DNA from: a virus
Taxonomy: Duplodnaviria; Caudoviricetes
Strand: one strand, 5' to 3'
Virus record (IMG/VR): IMGVR_UViG_3300049144_000047
Span: 1-63,254 of that record
DNA: 63,254 nt
Shown here piece after piece: positions 10,272 to 20,624 of this stretch (its first letter is position 1; each line of letters begins with the position of its first letter). Under the pieces are notes generated by a model, which saw only the letters and a program-made list of their open reading frames with translations, was not told where the DNA came from and did no database searches. Both the position numbers and the translations under genes were made by a program.

Positions 10272-13200
10272 GTGCCCGCAATCTCCGTCGGCTCCGTCGA
10301 AGTCGATGTCGTCCCGAACACGCGAGGGATCCACCGCAAGCTGACCCAGGACCTGGTCGCTGCGGCGACAGCGGCCGGGGACGCGGCAGGCAATGCGGCG
10401 GGCGAGGCCTTCGGCCCGGCGATGACGTCGTCGATCTCGGACTCGATCGGCGAGCGGGTCGGCACGCAGATCGGGCAGCAGATCGCCACCCGTATCTCTG
10501 CCTCGATCCGCGACTCCATCGGCGACGGCGTGACCCGGGGCGGCCAGACGGCCCGGCCTGCAGCAACCCGGCAGGGCGAGGAGACGGGCGGCGCGTTCGC
10601 CCGCTCGCTGCGGGTCAAGCTGCAGGAAGCGTTCCGCAGCATGCCCAAGCTCAACGTTTCCCTTTCTGACACCGGCGTCGATGCGGATTTGGCCCGGCTG
10701 CGGGCCCGCATGGAAGCCCTGTCAGACAAGCGCATCGGCATCGACATCGATGCGGCGACAGCGCGGGCGCAGGCCGCAGACATCGAGGAACGGCTGCGCA
10801 GAATCGGCGCCGCGCATCCGAACGTCGCGGTACGGGCCGATACGGCGCGCGCGATCGCCCAACTGCAGGCGGTACAGGCGCAGATCGACGAGGTCACCGC
10901 CGACCCTGCCAGGATCCGGATCGAGACGGACGGCGGCCTGGGGGCCCGGCTGCGGGCTGCGGTGCAGCAGGCTGAAGCCTCGCTGCCGAACGTCAACATC
11001 GGCGCCGACACGACGCCGGCCCAGTTGGAGGTCGCCCGGCTTCGGGCACAGCTGGCTCAGTTGCGGGATGCCCGCATCGGCATCGATATCGATGCAGCGA
11101 CGGCTCTGGCGCGCATTACGGAGATCCAGGCCCGTCTGGCGCGGCTGTCGTCGCAGGACGCCGATGTCGCTGTCCGCGTTGACGCGGGCGCGGCGTCGGC
11201 CCAGTTGGCGGCGTTCCAGGCGCAGGTGAGCCGGCTGGACGGGCAGACCGCGCGGGTCGATGTGGATACGTCGTCGGCCCAGTCGAGCATGAGGCTGCTG
11301 GTCGCGTCGGCGATCGCATTCGGCCCGGCGATCATTCCGGCGCTGCCGGTCGTCGCTGCCGGGCTGGGTGCGATCGCGGCTGCCGGTGTGGCGGCTGCTG
11401 CCGGTATCGGCGCGGTCGCGTTGGTTGCGGCCCCTGCTTTCAAGGGGATCGCGAAGGCTCTGCAGGCGCAGAAGGCTGCCCAGGATGCGGCGGCGAACGC
11501 CACCTACAAGGGTGGCCAGGCTGCCGGTCAGGGCGCGTCGAAGGCTTTGCAGCTGGCTGGCGCTCAGCAGGCGCTGGCGTCGGCGCAACGGAACGCGGCC
11601 CGCCAGATCTCGGATGCGGAGCGGGGCGTGTCGGATGCGGTCCGGCAGGCCGCCCAGAACAACCAGCGTGCCGCGGAGCAGGTGAAGTCTGCCCGCCAGT
11701 CGTTGGCGGACGCGTACATGCAGGCCGCAGACCGGATGGAGCAGGCGAACACGGCGGTGTCGCGTGCCGAGCGGGATCTCGCGCAGGCGCAGAAGAGTGC
11801 ACGGCAGGCGCAGCTGGATCTGGTCGCCGCCCGCCGTGAGGCCGCGCAGCAGCTGGAGGACCTGAACAACCGTCTGACGGACAGCACCCTGTCGCAGCGG
11901 GACGCACAGATCGCCCTGACCGAAGCGACCGCCGAACGCGACAAGGTCCTCAGGTCGGAGACGTCGACCGAGCTCGACAAGCAGAAGGCGATCCTCGCCT
12001 ACGACCAGGCCGTGCAGCGGCTGAAAGAACAGACCAGCGAGACGAAGCGGTTGAAGAGCGAGACGACGGCCGCGAACAAGGCGGGTGTCGAGGGCTCGGC
12101 CACGGTCCGGTCGGCGCAAGAGCAGCTGGCGCAGGCCCAGCAGGACGTCACCGACAAGACGACGGCCCTGAAATCCGCGCAGCAGGACGTCACGAAGACG
12201 CAGATCGCGAACAGCAGGGCGATCGCTGAGGCCCAGTCGAAGCTCGCGGACGCGCAGCGGACTGTCGCGGAGACGCAGCGGCAGGGCGCTGAGACGATCG
12301 CCCGCGCCCAAGAGCGCGTGGTTCAGGCCCAGCAGGCTGGCGCGGACTCGATCGCGTCGGCACAGCGGCAGATCCAGTCGGCGTCGGTTTCGGCGGCCGG
12401 CGGCGTCGACCAGGCTGCGATCGCGCAGGCCAAGTACCGGGCCGAGTTGGCGAAGCTGACGCCGGCCGCCAGGGACACGATGCGCGCGTACACGGACCTG
12501 CGGGGCGCGTTCACGGAGTGGTCCAAGAGCCTTCAGCCGGCCGTGATGCCGATTTTCACGCGGGCGCTGGACGGGATCCGGCGCATGCTGCCGGGCTTGA
12601 CTCCGTTCGTGACCGCTGCTGCGGACGCCATCCAGACGCTGATGGACAAGATGTCGACCGAGGTGAAGTCTCCGTTCTGGCAGGGCTTCAAGGACGACCT
12701 GCAGAAGTCGGTGAAGCCGGCGATCGTCGGCCTGGGCGTGGCCTTCGGGAACGTCTTCAAGGGCATGGCGGGGGTGGTCGGCGCCTTCCTGCCCCACATG
12801 GATTCCATCTCGGCGCGGATGCAGCGCATCACGGCCCGGTTCGCGAACTGGGGGACGTCCCTGAAGGGGTCCCCGGCGTTCGAGCGGTTCCTGGCCTATT
12901 CGTCGGAGATGGCGCCGAAGCTGTGGGATGCGCTGAAGAAAGTCGCTTCTGCGGTGCTGTCGATCGCCCAGGCGATGTCTCCGCTGACGAGCATGGTGCT
13001 GGCGACTCTCGGCGGGTTCGCTTCCGGCGTGGACTGGCTGGCCACGCGGATGCCGTGGCTGGTGCAGGCCATTTACGGTGTCGTGCTCGCCACGACCGCG
13101 TGGCGGCTCGGTGTTCTGGCGTGGGCTGCAGCGCAGAGGGTGGCGAACGTGGCGTTGATCGCGTTCAACATCATTTCCAAGGCGGGCCCGTGGGGCTGGA

Positions 13201-14984
13201 TCATCCTCGCCATCGTGGCCGTGGTCGGCGCGGTGATCTACCTGTGGAAGAACTGCGAGTGGTTCCGCAACGCGGTCATGGCCGTCTGGGGCGCCATCAA
13301 GGGGGCCGCAGCAGCGGTACGGGACTGGTTCGCCGGCCCGTTCGCCCGGTTCTTCACGGAGACGATCCCGAACATTTTCTGGTCGGTACTGAACTGGGTG
13401 AAAGCGAATTGGCCGTGGATCCTAGGCGCTTTGACTGGCCCGATCGGGCTGGCCACGGTCTACATCATCAAGCACTGGGACAACATCAAGGCGGGCATTT
13501 CTGCCGCCTGGACGTGGATCAAGCGGAACGTCCTGTCGCCGATCAGGACGTTCTTCACGTCGACCGTGCCGGCATGGGCGGCGGTGTTGCGGGACAGGGT
13601 GGTCGCCCCGTGGAACGGGCTCCGGGCCGGCATTGCTGGCTCCTGGGACTGGATCAAGCGGAACGTCCTGTCGTCGATCGGCACGTTCTTCACGAAAACG
13701 ATCCCCGGCTGGGGAACGACGCTGAAGAACGCGATGGTCGGCGCGTTCGATGCGGCACGGAAGGGCATCAAAGCCGCGTGGGACGGGCTGAAGAGCGTCG
13801 CGAAGACGCCCGTCGCGTTCGTCGTGAACACCGTCTACAACAACGGCATCCGCAAGGTGTGGAATCTTGTCACCGACGCGTTCGGCGGCAAACACCTCGA
13901 CCCCATCAAGGGATTCGCCACCGGCGGCATCATGCCCGGCTACACCCCGGGCCGGGACGTACACCTCGTGCCGTCGACTGCTGGCCCTGTCGCGCTGTCC
14001 GGTGGTGAGGCCATCATGCGGCCGGAGTGGACGCGGGCGATGGGCGCTGGCTACGTCAACACGATGAACGCGGCGGCAAGGTCGGGCGGCGTGCAGGGTG
14101 TCCGGTCAGCGCTCGGCTTCAAGGACGGCGGCATCTTCTCCGGCATCGGCGACTTCGTCTCTGGCGCCTGGGACAAGGTGAAGGCGGGCGCGTCCTGGCT
14201 GAAGGACAGTTTCGGTGCGGCCGTGCGGGCGGGTGTGAAGACCGTCGTCAACCCGCTCATCGAGCGGATCCCCGGCGGGAGTATCGGATTCGTCGGGCTG
14301 CTGAAGTCTGTGGCGAAGGCTGCGGTTCAGCGGCTGATCTCCGGGGGCGGTGAGGGCGACAAGCGGGCCGCTCCCAGCGTGAAGTACTCGCCGACGAAGG
14401 GTGTCGAGCAGTGGCGGCCCGTGGTGCTGCAGTCGCTGAGGGAAGTCGGGCAGCCAGCCAGCCTCGCCAACGCGACGTTGCGCAGGATGCAGCAGGAATC
14501 GGGCGGTAACCCGACGATCGTCAACAAGTGGGATTCCAACTGGATCGCCGGGCATCCGTCTGTAGGTCTGATGCAGGTGATCGGTCCGACGTTCCGGTCT
14601 TATGCGGGCAAGTACAAGCGCAAGGGGCCGTTCTCCTACGGAGTGTCGGTGGATCCTCTGGCGAACGTGTACAGCTCCATGAAGTACGCGCTGGGCGCCT
14701 ACGGCAGCCTCTCCAAGGCGTACAACCGGGCAGGCGGCTACGACTCCGGGGGCTACCTGCAGCCGGGCCTGAACCTGGCCTACAACGGCACCGGGCGACC
14801 CGAGCCGGTGTTCACGACGGCGCAGGCCAACGCGCTCACTTCGCTGGCGGCACGGTCGGCATCGCAGCAGCTGGGCGACCTGTCGGTGTCGGTGTTCGTC
14901 GGCAACGAGCAGATCACCCATATCGCCCGCACCGAAGTACGCACAGCCCAGGGCGAGCTCATTCAGGTACTCAACGCGGGCTGA
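10272..14984 (+). CDS. Tape measure protein with C-terminal lytic transglycosylase (SLT) domain
   Basis: 1570 aa Ala-rich, Trp-periodic repeats, QQESGGNP..GLMQVI. Confidence 0.93.
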   Translation: MPAISVGSVEVDVVPNTRGIHRKLTQDLVAAATAAGDAAGNAAGEAFGPAMTSSISDSIGERVGTQIGQQIATRISASIRDSIGDGVTRGGQTARPAATRQGEETGGAFARSLRVKLQEAFRSMPKLNVSLSDTGVDADLARLRARMEALSDKRIGIDIDAATARAQAADIEERLRRIGAAHPNVAVRADTARAIAQLQAVQAQIDEVTADPARIRIETDGGLGARLRAAVQQAEASLPNVNIGADTTPAQLEVARLRAQLAQLRDARIGIDIDAATALARITEIQARLARLSSQDADVAVRVDAGAASAQLAAFQAQVSRLDGQTARVDVDTSSAQSSMRLLVASAIAFGPAIIPALPVVAAGLGAIAAAGVAAAAGIGAVALVAAPAFKGIAKALQAQKAAQDAAANATYKGGQAAGQGASKALQLAGAQQALASAQRNAARQISDAERGVSDAVRQAAQNNQRAAEQVKSARQSLADAYMQAADRMEQANTAVSRAERDLAQAQKSARQAQLDLVAARREAAQQLEDLNNRLTDSTLSQRDAQIALTEATAERDKVLRSETSTELDKQKAILAYDQAVQRLKEQTSETKRLKSETTAANKAGVEGSATVRSAQEQLAQAQQDVTDKTTALKSAQQDVTKTQIANSRAIAEAQSKLADAQRTVAETQRQGAETIARAQERVVQAQQAGADSIASAQRQIQSASVSAAGGVDQAAIAQAKYRAELAKLTPAARDTMRAYTDLRGAFTEWSKSLQPAVMPIFTRALDGIRRMLPGLTPFVTAAADAIQTLMDKMSTEVKSPFWQGFKDDLQKSVKPAIVGLGVAFGNVFKGMAGVVGAFLPHMDSISARMQRITARFANWGTSLKGSPAFERFLAYSSEMAPKLWDALKKVASAVLSIAQAMSPLTSMVLATLGGFASGVDWLATRMPWLVQAIYGVVLATTAWRLGVLAWAAAQRVANVALIAFNIISKAGPWGWIILAIVAVVGAVIYLWKNCEWFRNAVMAVWGAIKGAAAAVRDWFAGPFARFFTETIPNIFWSVLNWVKANWPWILGALTGPIGLATVYIIKHWDNIKAGISAAWTWIKRNVLSPIRTFFTSTVPAWAAVLRDRVVAPWNGLRAGIAGSWDWIKRNVLSSIGTFFTKTIPGWGTTLKNAMVGAFDAARKGIKAAWDGLKSVAKTPVAFVVNTVYNNGIRKVWNLVTDAFGGKHLDPIKGFATGGIMPGYTPGRDVHLVPSTAGPVALSGGEAIMRPEWTRAMGAGYVNTMNAAARSGGVQGVRSALGFKDGGIFSGIGDFVSGAWDKVKAGASWLKDSFGAAVRAGVKTVVNPLIERIPGGSIGFVGLLKSVAKAAVQRLISGGGEGDKRAAPSVKYSPTKGVEQWRPVVLQSLREVGQPASLANATLRRMQQESGGNPTIVNKWDSNWIAGHPSVGLMQVIGPTFRSYAGKYKRKGPFSYGVSVDPLANVYSSMKYALGAYGSLSKAYNRAGGYDSGGYLQPGLNLAYNGTGRPEPVFTTAQANALTSLAARSASQQLGDLSVSVFVGNEQITHIARTEVRTAQGELIQVLNAG

Positions 14985-14993
14985 GGAGGAATC

Positions 14994-17222
14994 TTGGCAA
15001 TCCCCGGAAACCTCCTCAGCCCGACCACCGAATCGGTAGACCCGAACACGTCTGGTTGGACCAGCAAACTCAACTGCACGATCAGCAAGGGCATCGGCGG
15101 CCGGAACGGGGACGGCTGCCTCGCCGTGAAATCGGTCGCCGCGGGCGAGATGCAGGTCCGCACCGTTTCCTCCTACCCGGTCACCGCAGGCACCGTCTAC
15201 TACGCGTTCGCCGATACCGCCGGGGTTGTGGGGGAGCGGATCGGGATCCGCTGGCTCAACGCCACGGGCGGCGAGGTCGGGGTTGCGTACTCGGCGACCA
15301 CGATGGCCGCCTCGTCGTCGTGGCACCGGGTCAGCACCGCCGGTGTCGCCCCGGCCGGGACAACGAAGGCGCAGGTCATCCTGTCGTCGACGGAGACCGG
15401 TGCGGCGGTCAACCACTTCTGGGAGAACGTCTACCTCGGCCTGCCGATCCGCGTGCTCGGCAACCTACTGCCGTTCAATACGGAGTCGACCGAGGTCGAC
15501 GCGTCCGGGTGGACACCGGTCGTCAACGCGACCATCAGCCGCCAGGTGCCGGTGATGAGCTGGGCCGTCACCAACTATCTGGCGGGGGGCCACACCCTGG
15601 CGATGACCGCGGTTGCCGCCGGGAACGCGTCGGTGCTGGCCGTGGACCGGCCGACCGTGACGCCGTTCACGGAGTACCTGGCCTACGCCTACCTGCAGCC
15701 CCCGACGATCGCCTCCACCGCGTGGATCGAACTCCGCTTCTACGACGCCAACGGCAACCAAGTCGGAGCCCAGCGCAGCACGTTGGCGCCGCCGACTCCG
15801 GCAACAGGCATGTACCGGCAGCGGGCATCCATGGTGGCGCCGGCTAACGCGGCTACCTGCAGCGTGGCGGCGGGCCTGGACTCGGCGTCGGCCGGGCAGG
15901 TGCTGCGGCTGGAGACCGTGGTCGTCACGGTCGCCCCGAAGTTGCAGGCAGGCAGCGTGCTGCCGTATGCGGACTCGTCGTTCGAGCAGGGTGTCGCCGG
16001 GTGGACGGTCGCCTCAGGCGTGGCGACCATCGCCCGCACCACACCGTGGGGACTCTCCTCGTTCGACGGCGCCTACTCGCTGGCGGTCACCTCGTCCACG
16101 GCAACCGCGTCCACAATCCGATCCGCGCGCTTCCCGGCATCCGAAGGGACGAACTGGCGGGCGCAGGTCATCGTCCATCCTGCGGCCGGCACGTGGGCGC
16201 CCACGACGGTCCGGGTCCGCTGGTACAACGCCGCCGGCACAGACCTGGGTGTGTCTACGGGGAACGCGTACACGATCCCCGGCTCGTCCTGGTATGCGAT
16301 GCCATCGGATGCGGTCGCCCCAGCTGGCGCGACGCAGGCGGCCATAGAGCTGGTGACCACGGCGTCCGCGACGGCCAGCGTCCTGCACGTCGACCAGGCC
16401 GTGCTGTGGGAAGTTCTGCCGCTCACAGCGGTGGAGGCGCACTCAGACGACGGCTACATCGAGCTGACGCTGCGGGAACTCATCCTCGACTACGAACTGT
16501 CCGTGTACCGGGAACTCGCGGACGGGTCGCGGACGCTGGTCCGGGGCCCGTATGGGCTGATCGACCATCAGGTCATCTCCTCTGACCTGATGGTCATCGA
16601 GGACCACGAGGCGCCGCTGAACGTGCCGGTGCGCTACTACATTCAGCAGTGGCCGCCCGACTCTCTGGCCATGACGTCCCGCACCACCGGCTACGTCACC
16701 GTCAGCCTCGACGACATTCAGCAGATCTGGCTGAAGGACCCTGGCAACCCGCAGCGCAACATGCGGGTGATGGTCGCGAAAGCTCCCGACTGGGACCGGC
16801 CCATCGACCAGGCGTCATTCGTGGTTCGAGGGCGCCGCAACAAGGTCACCTTGTCCGGGAAACGTCAGGGCCTGGAGGGCGAACTCGCGATCTGGACCCT
16901 GTCCGACCAGCAGCGCAAAGCCCTCCACCTGCTCCTCGACGACGGCAACACCCTGCTGTGGCAGGCCGTACCGGGGATGGGCGTCAACGACATGTACGTG
17001 TCCGTCGGCCAAGTCCCCGAAGCCCGCACGGGCGGACTCGCGCAGGAGCAGATGCGCGCCTGGACACTCCCCCTGGTCGAGGCGGACATGCCGGTCACCG
17101 TCGGCGTCGGCGGACCGGCAGGCCGCACCTGGCAAGACGTCGTCACAGAGTTCGCAACCTGCGCCGACCTGCTGCCCGTGTACGCCACCAGCGAGGATCT
17201 GCTGCTCGACCGAAGGCGGTGA
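14994..17222 (+). CDS. Minor tail protein with three carbohydrate-binding-like repeats
   Basis: Repeats NLLSPTTESVD / NLLPFNTESTE / SVLPYADSSFE; follows tape measure. Confidence 0.75.
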   Translation: MAIPGNLLSPTTESVDPNTSGWTSKLNCTISKGIGGRNGDGCLAVKSVAAGEMQVRTVSSYPVTAGTVYYAFADTAGVVGERIGIRWLNATGGEVGVAYSATTMAASSSWHRVSTAGVAPAGTTKAQVILSSTETGAAVNHFWENVYLGLPIRVLGNLLPFNTESTEVDASGWTPVVNATISRQVPVMSWAVTNYLAGGHTLAMTAVAAGNASVLAVDRPTVTPFTEYLAYAYLQPPTIASTAWIELRFYDANGNQVGAQRSTLAPPTPATGMYRQRASMVAPANAATCSVAAGLDSASAGQVLRLETVVVTVAPKLQAGSVLPYADSSFEQGVAGWTVASGVATIARTTPWGLSSFDGAYSLAVTSSTATASTIRSARFPASEGTNWRAQVIVHPAAGTWAPTTVRVRWYNAAGTDLGVSTGNAYTIPGSSWYAMPSDAVAPAGATQAAIELVTTASATASVLHVDQAVLWEVLPLTAVEAHSDDGYIELTLRELILDYELSVYRELADGSRTLVRGPYGLIDHQVISSDLMVIEDHEAPLNVPVRYYIQQWPPDSLAMTSRTTGYVTVSLDDIQQIWLKDPGNPQRNMRVMVAKAPDWDRPIDQASFVVRGRRNKVTLSGKRQGLEGELAIWTLSDQQRKALHLLLDDGNTLLWQAVPGMGVNDMYVSVGQVPEARTGGLAQEQMRAWTLPLVEADMPVTVGVGGPAGRTWQDVVTEFATCADLLPVYATSEDLLLDRRR

Positions 17223-18319
17223 GCGTGTACGCCGTATCCGACCGGTTCCTGAAGCGCCTCGCCGAGTCGCACACCCCGATCACGCTGGTGCAGTTGCTGC
17301 TCACGGACGGAAGCACCGTCGACCTGGAACACACCGGCGGGTCGGTGTCCGTGGACCGCGGGCAGGCCATCCGCCGCACCTGCACCGTCACCGTCGCCGA
17401 CCCCACCCTCATCCCCAGAACGCCAGCCGACCAACTCGCCACCTACGGCGCCCAGTTGCGGATCTCCCGGGGCGTCGAGTACGGCAACGCCTCCGATGTG
17501 GAGCTCGTGCCGCTTGGCGTGTTCCGCCTGGACTCCGTAGACGGCGACGTCAACGAAGGCCCCGTCACCCTGTCCGGGAAGGATTTGTCAGCGATCGTCG
17601 CCGACGACAAGCTCACCGCCCCCTACACGGCGACAGGCACTGTCGTCAGCGCCGTCACCGCGCTCGTCCAGCGCTCCATCCCGACCGCCGCCGTCATCAG
17701 CAGCATCACCGACCAGGGCATCGGGAAACGCACATTCGACGTCGAGGCGGATCCATGGGCCGCCTGCCAGGAGATCGCCTCCGGCGCCGGCGCCGAGGTG
17801 TACTGCAACCCCGACGGCGTCTTCGTCATCGCCACCCTCCCCGACCTCGCCACCGCAACCCCCGTCTGGGAGATCGAAGCCACCGAGGGCGGCGCCTACA
17901 TCAAAGCCAACCGCGGCATGTCCAGCAGCAACGTCTACAACGGCGTGCTGGCTCGCGGCGAGAACACCAGCGAGAACGTGGCCCCGGTCCAATATCTGGC
18001 GGTCGACGGCGACCCCAACAGCCCCACCTACTGGGGAGGCCCGTTCGGACGCAGGCCCGACTTCTTCACGTCCAGCACGCTGACGACAACCGCAGCCTGC
18101 CAGAACGCGGCCACGCTGAAACTCGCGCAGGCCAAGGCGCCGAACGCGACAGGCGACATCAGCTCCCTCCCGAATCCGGCCCTGGAGGCGGGCGATGTGC
18201 TGCGGGTGCAGCACGAGGACGGGAGCCGCGAACTCCACCAGGCCGCCAGCTTCTCGGTGCCCCTCGACCTCGGCGGGGACTTCCCGATCAGCACGATCTC
18301 GGCGAAGGAGGACGCGTGA
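17219..18319 (+). CDS. Minor tail / baseplate hub protein (DUF5047-like)
   Basis: GGSVSVDR..IRRTC, PLGVF, PNPALEAGD. Confidence 0.75.
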   Translation: MSVYAVSDRFLKRLAESHTPITLVQLLLTDGSTVDLEHTGGSVSVDRGQAIRRTCTVTVADPTLIPRTPADQLATYGAQLRISRGVEYGNASDVELVPLGVFRLDSVDGDVNEGPVTLSGKDLSAIVADDKLTAPYTATGTVVSAVTALVQRSIPTAAVISSITDQGIGKRTFDVEADPWAACQEIASGAGAEVYCNPDGVFVIATLPDLATATPVWEIEATEGGAYIKANRGMSSSNVYNGVLARGENTSENVAPVQYLAVDGDPNSPTYWGGPFGRRPDFFTSSTLTTTAACQNAATLKLAQAKAPNATGDISSLPNPALEAGDVLRVQHEDGSRELHQAASFSVPLDLGGDFPISTISAKEDA

Positions 18320-18915
18320 AATCGACGCACGCCTCCACCCGCGACCTCAAGTGGGCGATCCAGCAGGCAGCGAAACGCACTGGGGAGCAGGCCCCGTCGG
18401 TGCGGGGATCGGACTGGCGGCTCGCCACGGTCACCGCCGAGAACGGCGACGGCACCATCGACGCCGACGGCATCCCCACCATCCGCTGCATGGAGTCCTA
18501 CACCCAGCCTGCCGTCGGCGACGTCATCGTCATCACCCAGTCGTCCAGCGGGAACTGGCTCGCCTGGGGCCGCACCACCACCGCCGATCCGGACTGGCTG
18601 AACCTGACCCTGGCGTCCGGGTTCCAGAACCCCGGCCACGGCTACAACGCCGCCTATCTGCGGGAGGGGCGCCGGATCTGGCTGCGGGGCCGCATCGGGC
18701 CGACGTCCGGAACGATCGCCGACGGCGCCACCATCCTGACCCTGCCCGCGGCGATCCAGCCCGCCCAGGCGATGGCGTGGGCGGTCACCCGGGACGCGTC
18801 GGTGGCGCCTGCCGTGTGCCGTTTGGAGATCGTCGTACCCGGCGTGATCCGCACGTTCCAGTCCACGAACCTGCCGACGTGGGTTTCCCTCGACGGCATC
18901 AGCTACACGATCTAG
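18316..18915 (+). CDS. Minor tail protein
   Basis: Synteny; YTQPAVGD, WVSLDGISY. Confidence 0.65.
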   Translation: MKSTHASTRDLKWAIQQAAKRTGEQAPSVRGSDWRLATVTAENGDGTIDADGIPTIRCMESYTQPAVGDVIVITQSSSGNWLAWGRTTTADPDWLNLTLASGFQNPGHGYNAAYLREGRRIWLRGRIGPTSGTIADGATILTLPAAIQPAQAMAWAVTRDASVAPAVCRLEIVVPGVIRTFQSTNLPTWVSLDGISYTI

Positions 18916-18923
18916 GAGGCCCT

Positions 18924-19568
18924 GTGCCGGAGCCCGATGACTGGGGCCAGGGCATTGATCTCTGGCAGCTCACCGACGCGCCCAGCATTCCCGCCGCGAT
19001 TGAAGCCCTCGCTGTCGGGTTGATCCCGCGCAGCAACCTGAGGTACGCCTCGGCCGCCGCCCGCAACGCAGCGGTCGACAGCCCTGAGGAGGGCATGCAG
19101 GCGTGGCTGATCGCCGAGGGGCGGCTGGAGATCTACCGCAACGGGTCCTGGCTGCCGTGGCCGCCGATCCCTGTGCAGACGTTTCAGGCGTCGGACGCGC
19201 CGTACAACGTCACGCAGACGACCGTCGACTACAGCAACTCGGCGTGGCCGAGGCCGACGTTCGTGGCACCGCCGTCCGGGCGGGCCTACGTCACGATCAG
19301 TGCCGCAATCTCCAACTACACCACCGACACCAGCACCATCTGGGCGGCCTGGCGGGCCACCGGCAGCATGGGCTACAGCTACTCCGACCTCAACAAATCG
19401 GGCCTGTCCGCGCAGGGCGTCCGCGTCGTCGGCTCCAAACGCCTCATGCTCACCGGCATGACCCCTGGCGAGACCATCACGATCATCCCGCAGTGGAACA
19501 TCTCCTCCGGGTCAGCCTCCAAGGCGGAGACCAGCGCCGGCGCCCTCCTCGTCGAACCCGCCCCCTGA
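18924..19568 (+). CDS. Minor tail / fibre-like protein
   Basis: YASAAARNAA..PEEGMQAW; RBS ggagg. Confidence 0.6.
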   Translation: MPEPDDWGQGIDLWQLTDAPSIPAAIEALAVGLIPRSNLRYASAAARNAAVDSPEEGMQAWLIAEGRLEIYRNGSWLPWPPIPVQTFQASDAPYNVTQTTVDYSNSAWPRPTFVAPPSGRAYVTISAAISNYTTDTSTIWAAWRATGSMGYSYSDLNKSGLSAQGVRVVGSKRLMLTGMTPGETITIIPQWNISSGSASKAETSAGALLVEPAP

Positions 19569-19584
19569 GCACCGCACCCCCCTT

Positions 19585-19612
19585 GCCCCGAGCCGCCGGC
19601 CGGGGCCTTTTT
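19585..19612 (+). terminator. Intrinsic terminator
   Basis: gccccg..cggggc stem plus T-run. Confidence 0.55.
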
Positions 19613-19634
19613 CACGCCCGGAAAGGGGCCCGCC

Positions 19635-20624
19635 TTGGCCGCACCGATGACGTCCACGCAGGTCGTCACCCAGCTGAAGAAGTGGGGCATCAAGTATGTC
19701 GAGATCCCCGGCTGGGCCACCCACAACCGCAACAGCAAGGGCGCCTGGGGGCCGATCAACGGCTTCATCTGGCACCACACCGGGGCCGCCGTAAGCTCCG
19801 CCAACGCCCGGTCCTACGCGGCCAGCACCCTCTACAACGGGCTCGCCGATCTGCCCGGCCCGCTCTGCCAGTTCTCCATCGGCCTCGACGGCATCGTCTA
19901 CCTCGTCGGCTGGGGCCGCGCCAACCACGCAGGCGGCGGCGACCCGGCCGTATTGCAGCACGTCATCAACGAGGACTACAGCGGCCAGCTCAAGCCGACC
20001 TGCGGCAACAGCAACGGCGTCGACGGGAACGCCCACTTCTACGGCGTCGAGATCCAGTACTCCGGCAGCAAGCCGATGGCCGCCGCGCAGTACAGGGCCG
20101 CGCTTCGCCTTTCGGCCGCGATCTGCGACTGGCACGACTGGACGGAGCGGTCCGTCATCGCGCACGGCGAGTGGTCCTCCGACAAGTGGGATCCCGGCTA
20201 CGCCCCCAGCAAGATCATGGCCATGCCCGGCGTGCGCGCCGACGTGAAGGCCACCCTCACCGCAGGACCCGACCCGGAGGACGACGTGGCGCTCACCGCC
20301 GACGACAAGAAGTGGATCGCGGACACGGTGAAGGCGCAGTCCTTCACCGGCGTGTGGAAGACCGACGGGATCACCGCACCGCCCGACGCCGCGGACGTGA
20401 AGACGAACCCGAACTGGGCGGCGCAGTCCGTCCTCCGCGACATTCAGGCCCGAGTACGCGCGAATAGTGCCGCCGAAGCCGCGCAGACGGCGGCGATCTC
20501 CGCGTTGGCCAAGCTCGTTGGCTCCGGCGTCGACACGGCTGCCGTCGTCGCTGCGGTCCGCGAGGAGATCCGAGACGCCGTCGTCAAGGTGTCCGTCGAC
20601 GTGAACGGCCCGGCCGCCACGTGA
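19635..20624 (+). CDS. Endolysin, N-acetylmuramoyl-L-alanine amidase (Amidase_2)
   Basis: WHHTG, GRANHAG, YGVEI, HGEW..KWDPG. Confidence 0.88.
   Translation: MAAPMTSTQVVTQLKKWGIKYVEIPGWATHNRNSKGAWGPINGFIWHHTGAAVSSANARSYAASTLYNGLADLPGPLCQFSIGLDGIVYLVGWGRANHAGGGDPAVLQHVINEDYSGQLKPTCGNSNGVDGNAHFYGVEIQYSGSKPMAAAQYRAALRLSAAICDWHDWTERSVIAHGEWSSDKWDPGYAPSKIMAMPGVRADVKATLTAGPDPEDDVALTADDKKWIADTVKAQSFTGVWKTDGITAPPDAADVKTNPNWAAQSVLRDIQARVRANSAAEAAQTAAISALAKLVGSGVDTAAVVAAVREEIRDAVVKVSVDVNGPAAT

Noticed and set aside
13490-13720. Direct repeat in the tape measure gene (ggatcaagcggaacgtcctgtcg)
   Set aside because: Ordinary tape-measure protein repeat; no reverse transcriptase or A-specific variation to suggest a DGR
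404-15416. Long antisense and alternate-frame ORFs over structural genes (e.g. 404-2062, 10722-12797)
   Set aside because: Shadow ORFs expected in high-GC DNA; no motifs; the + frame genes are clearly the real ones
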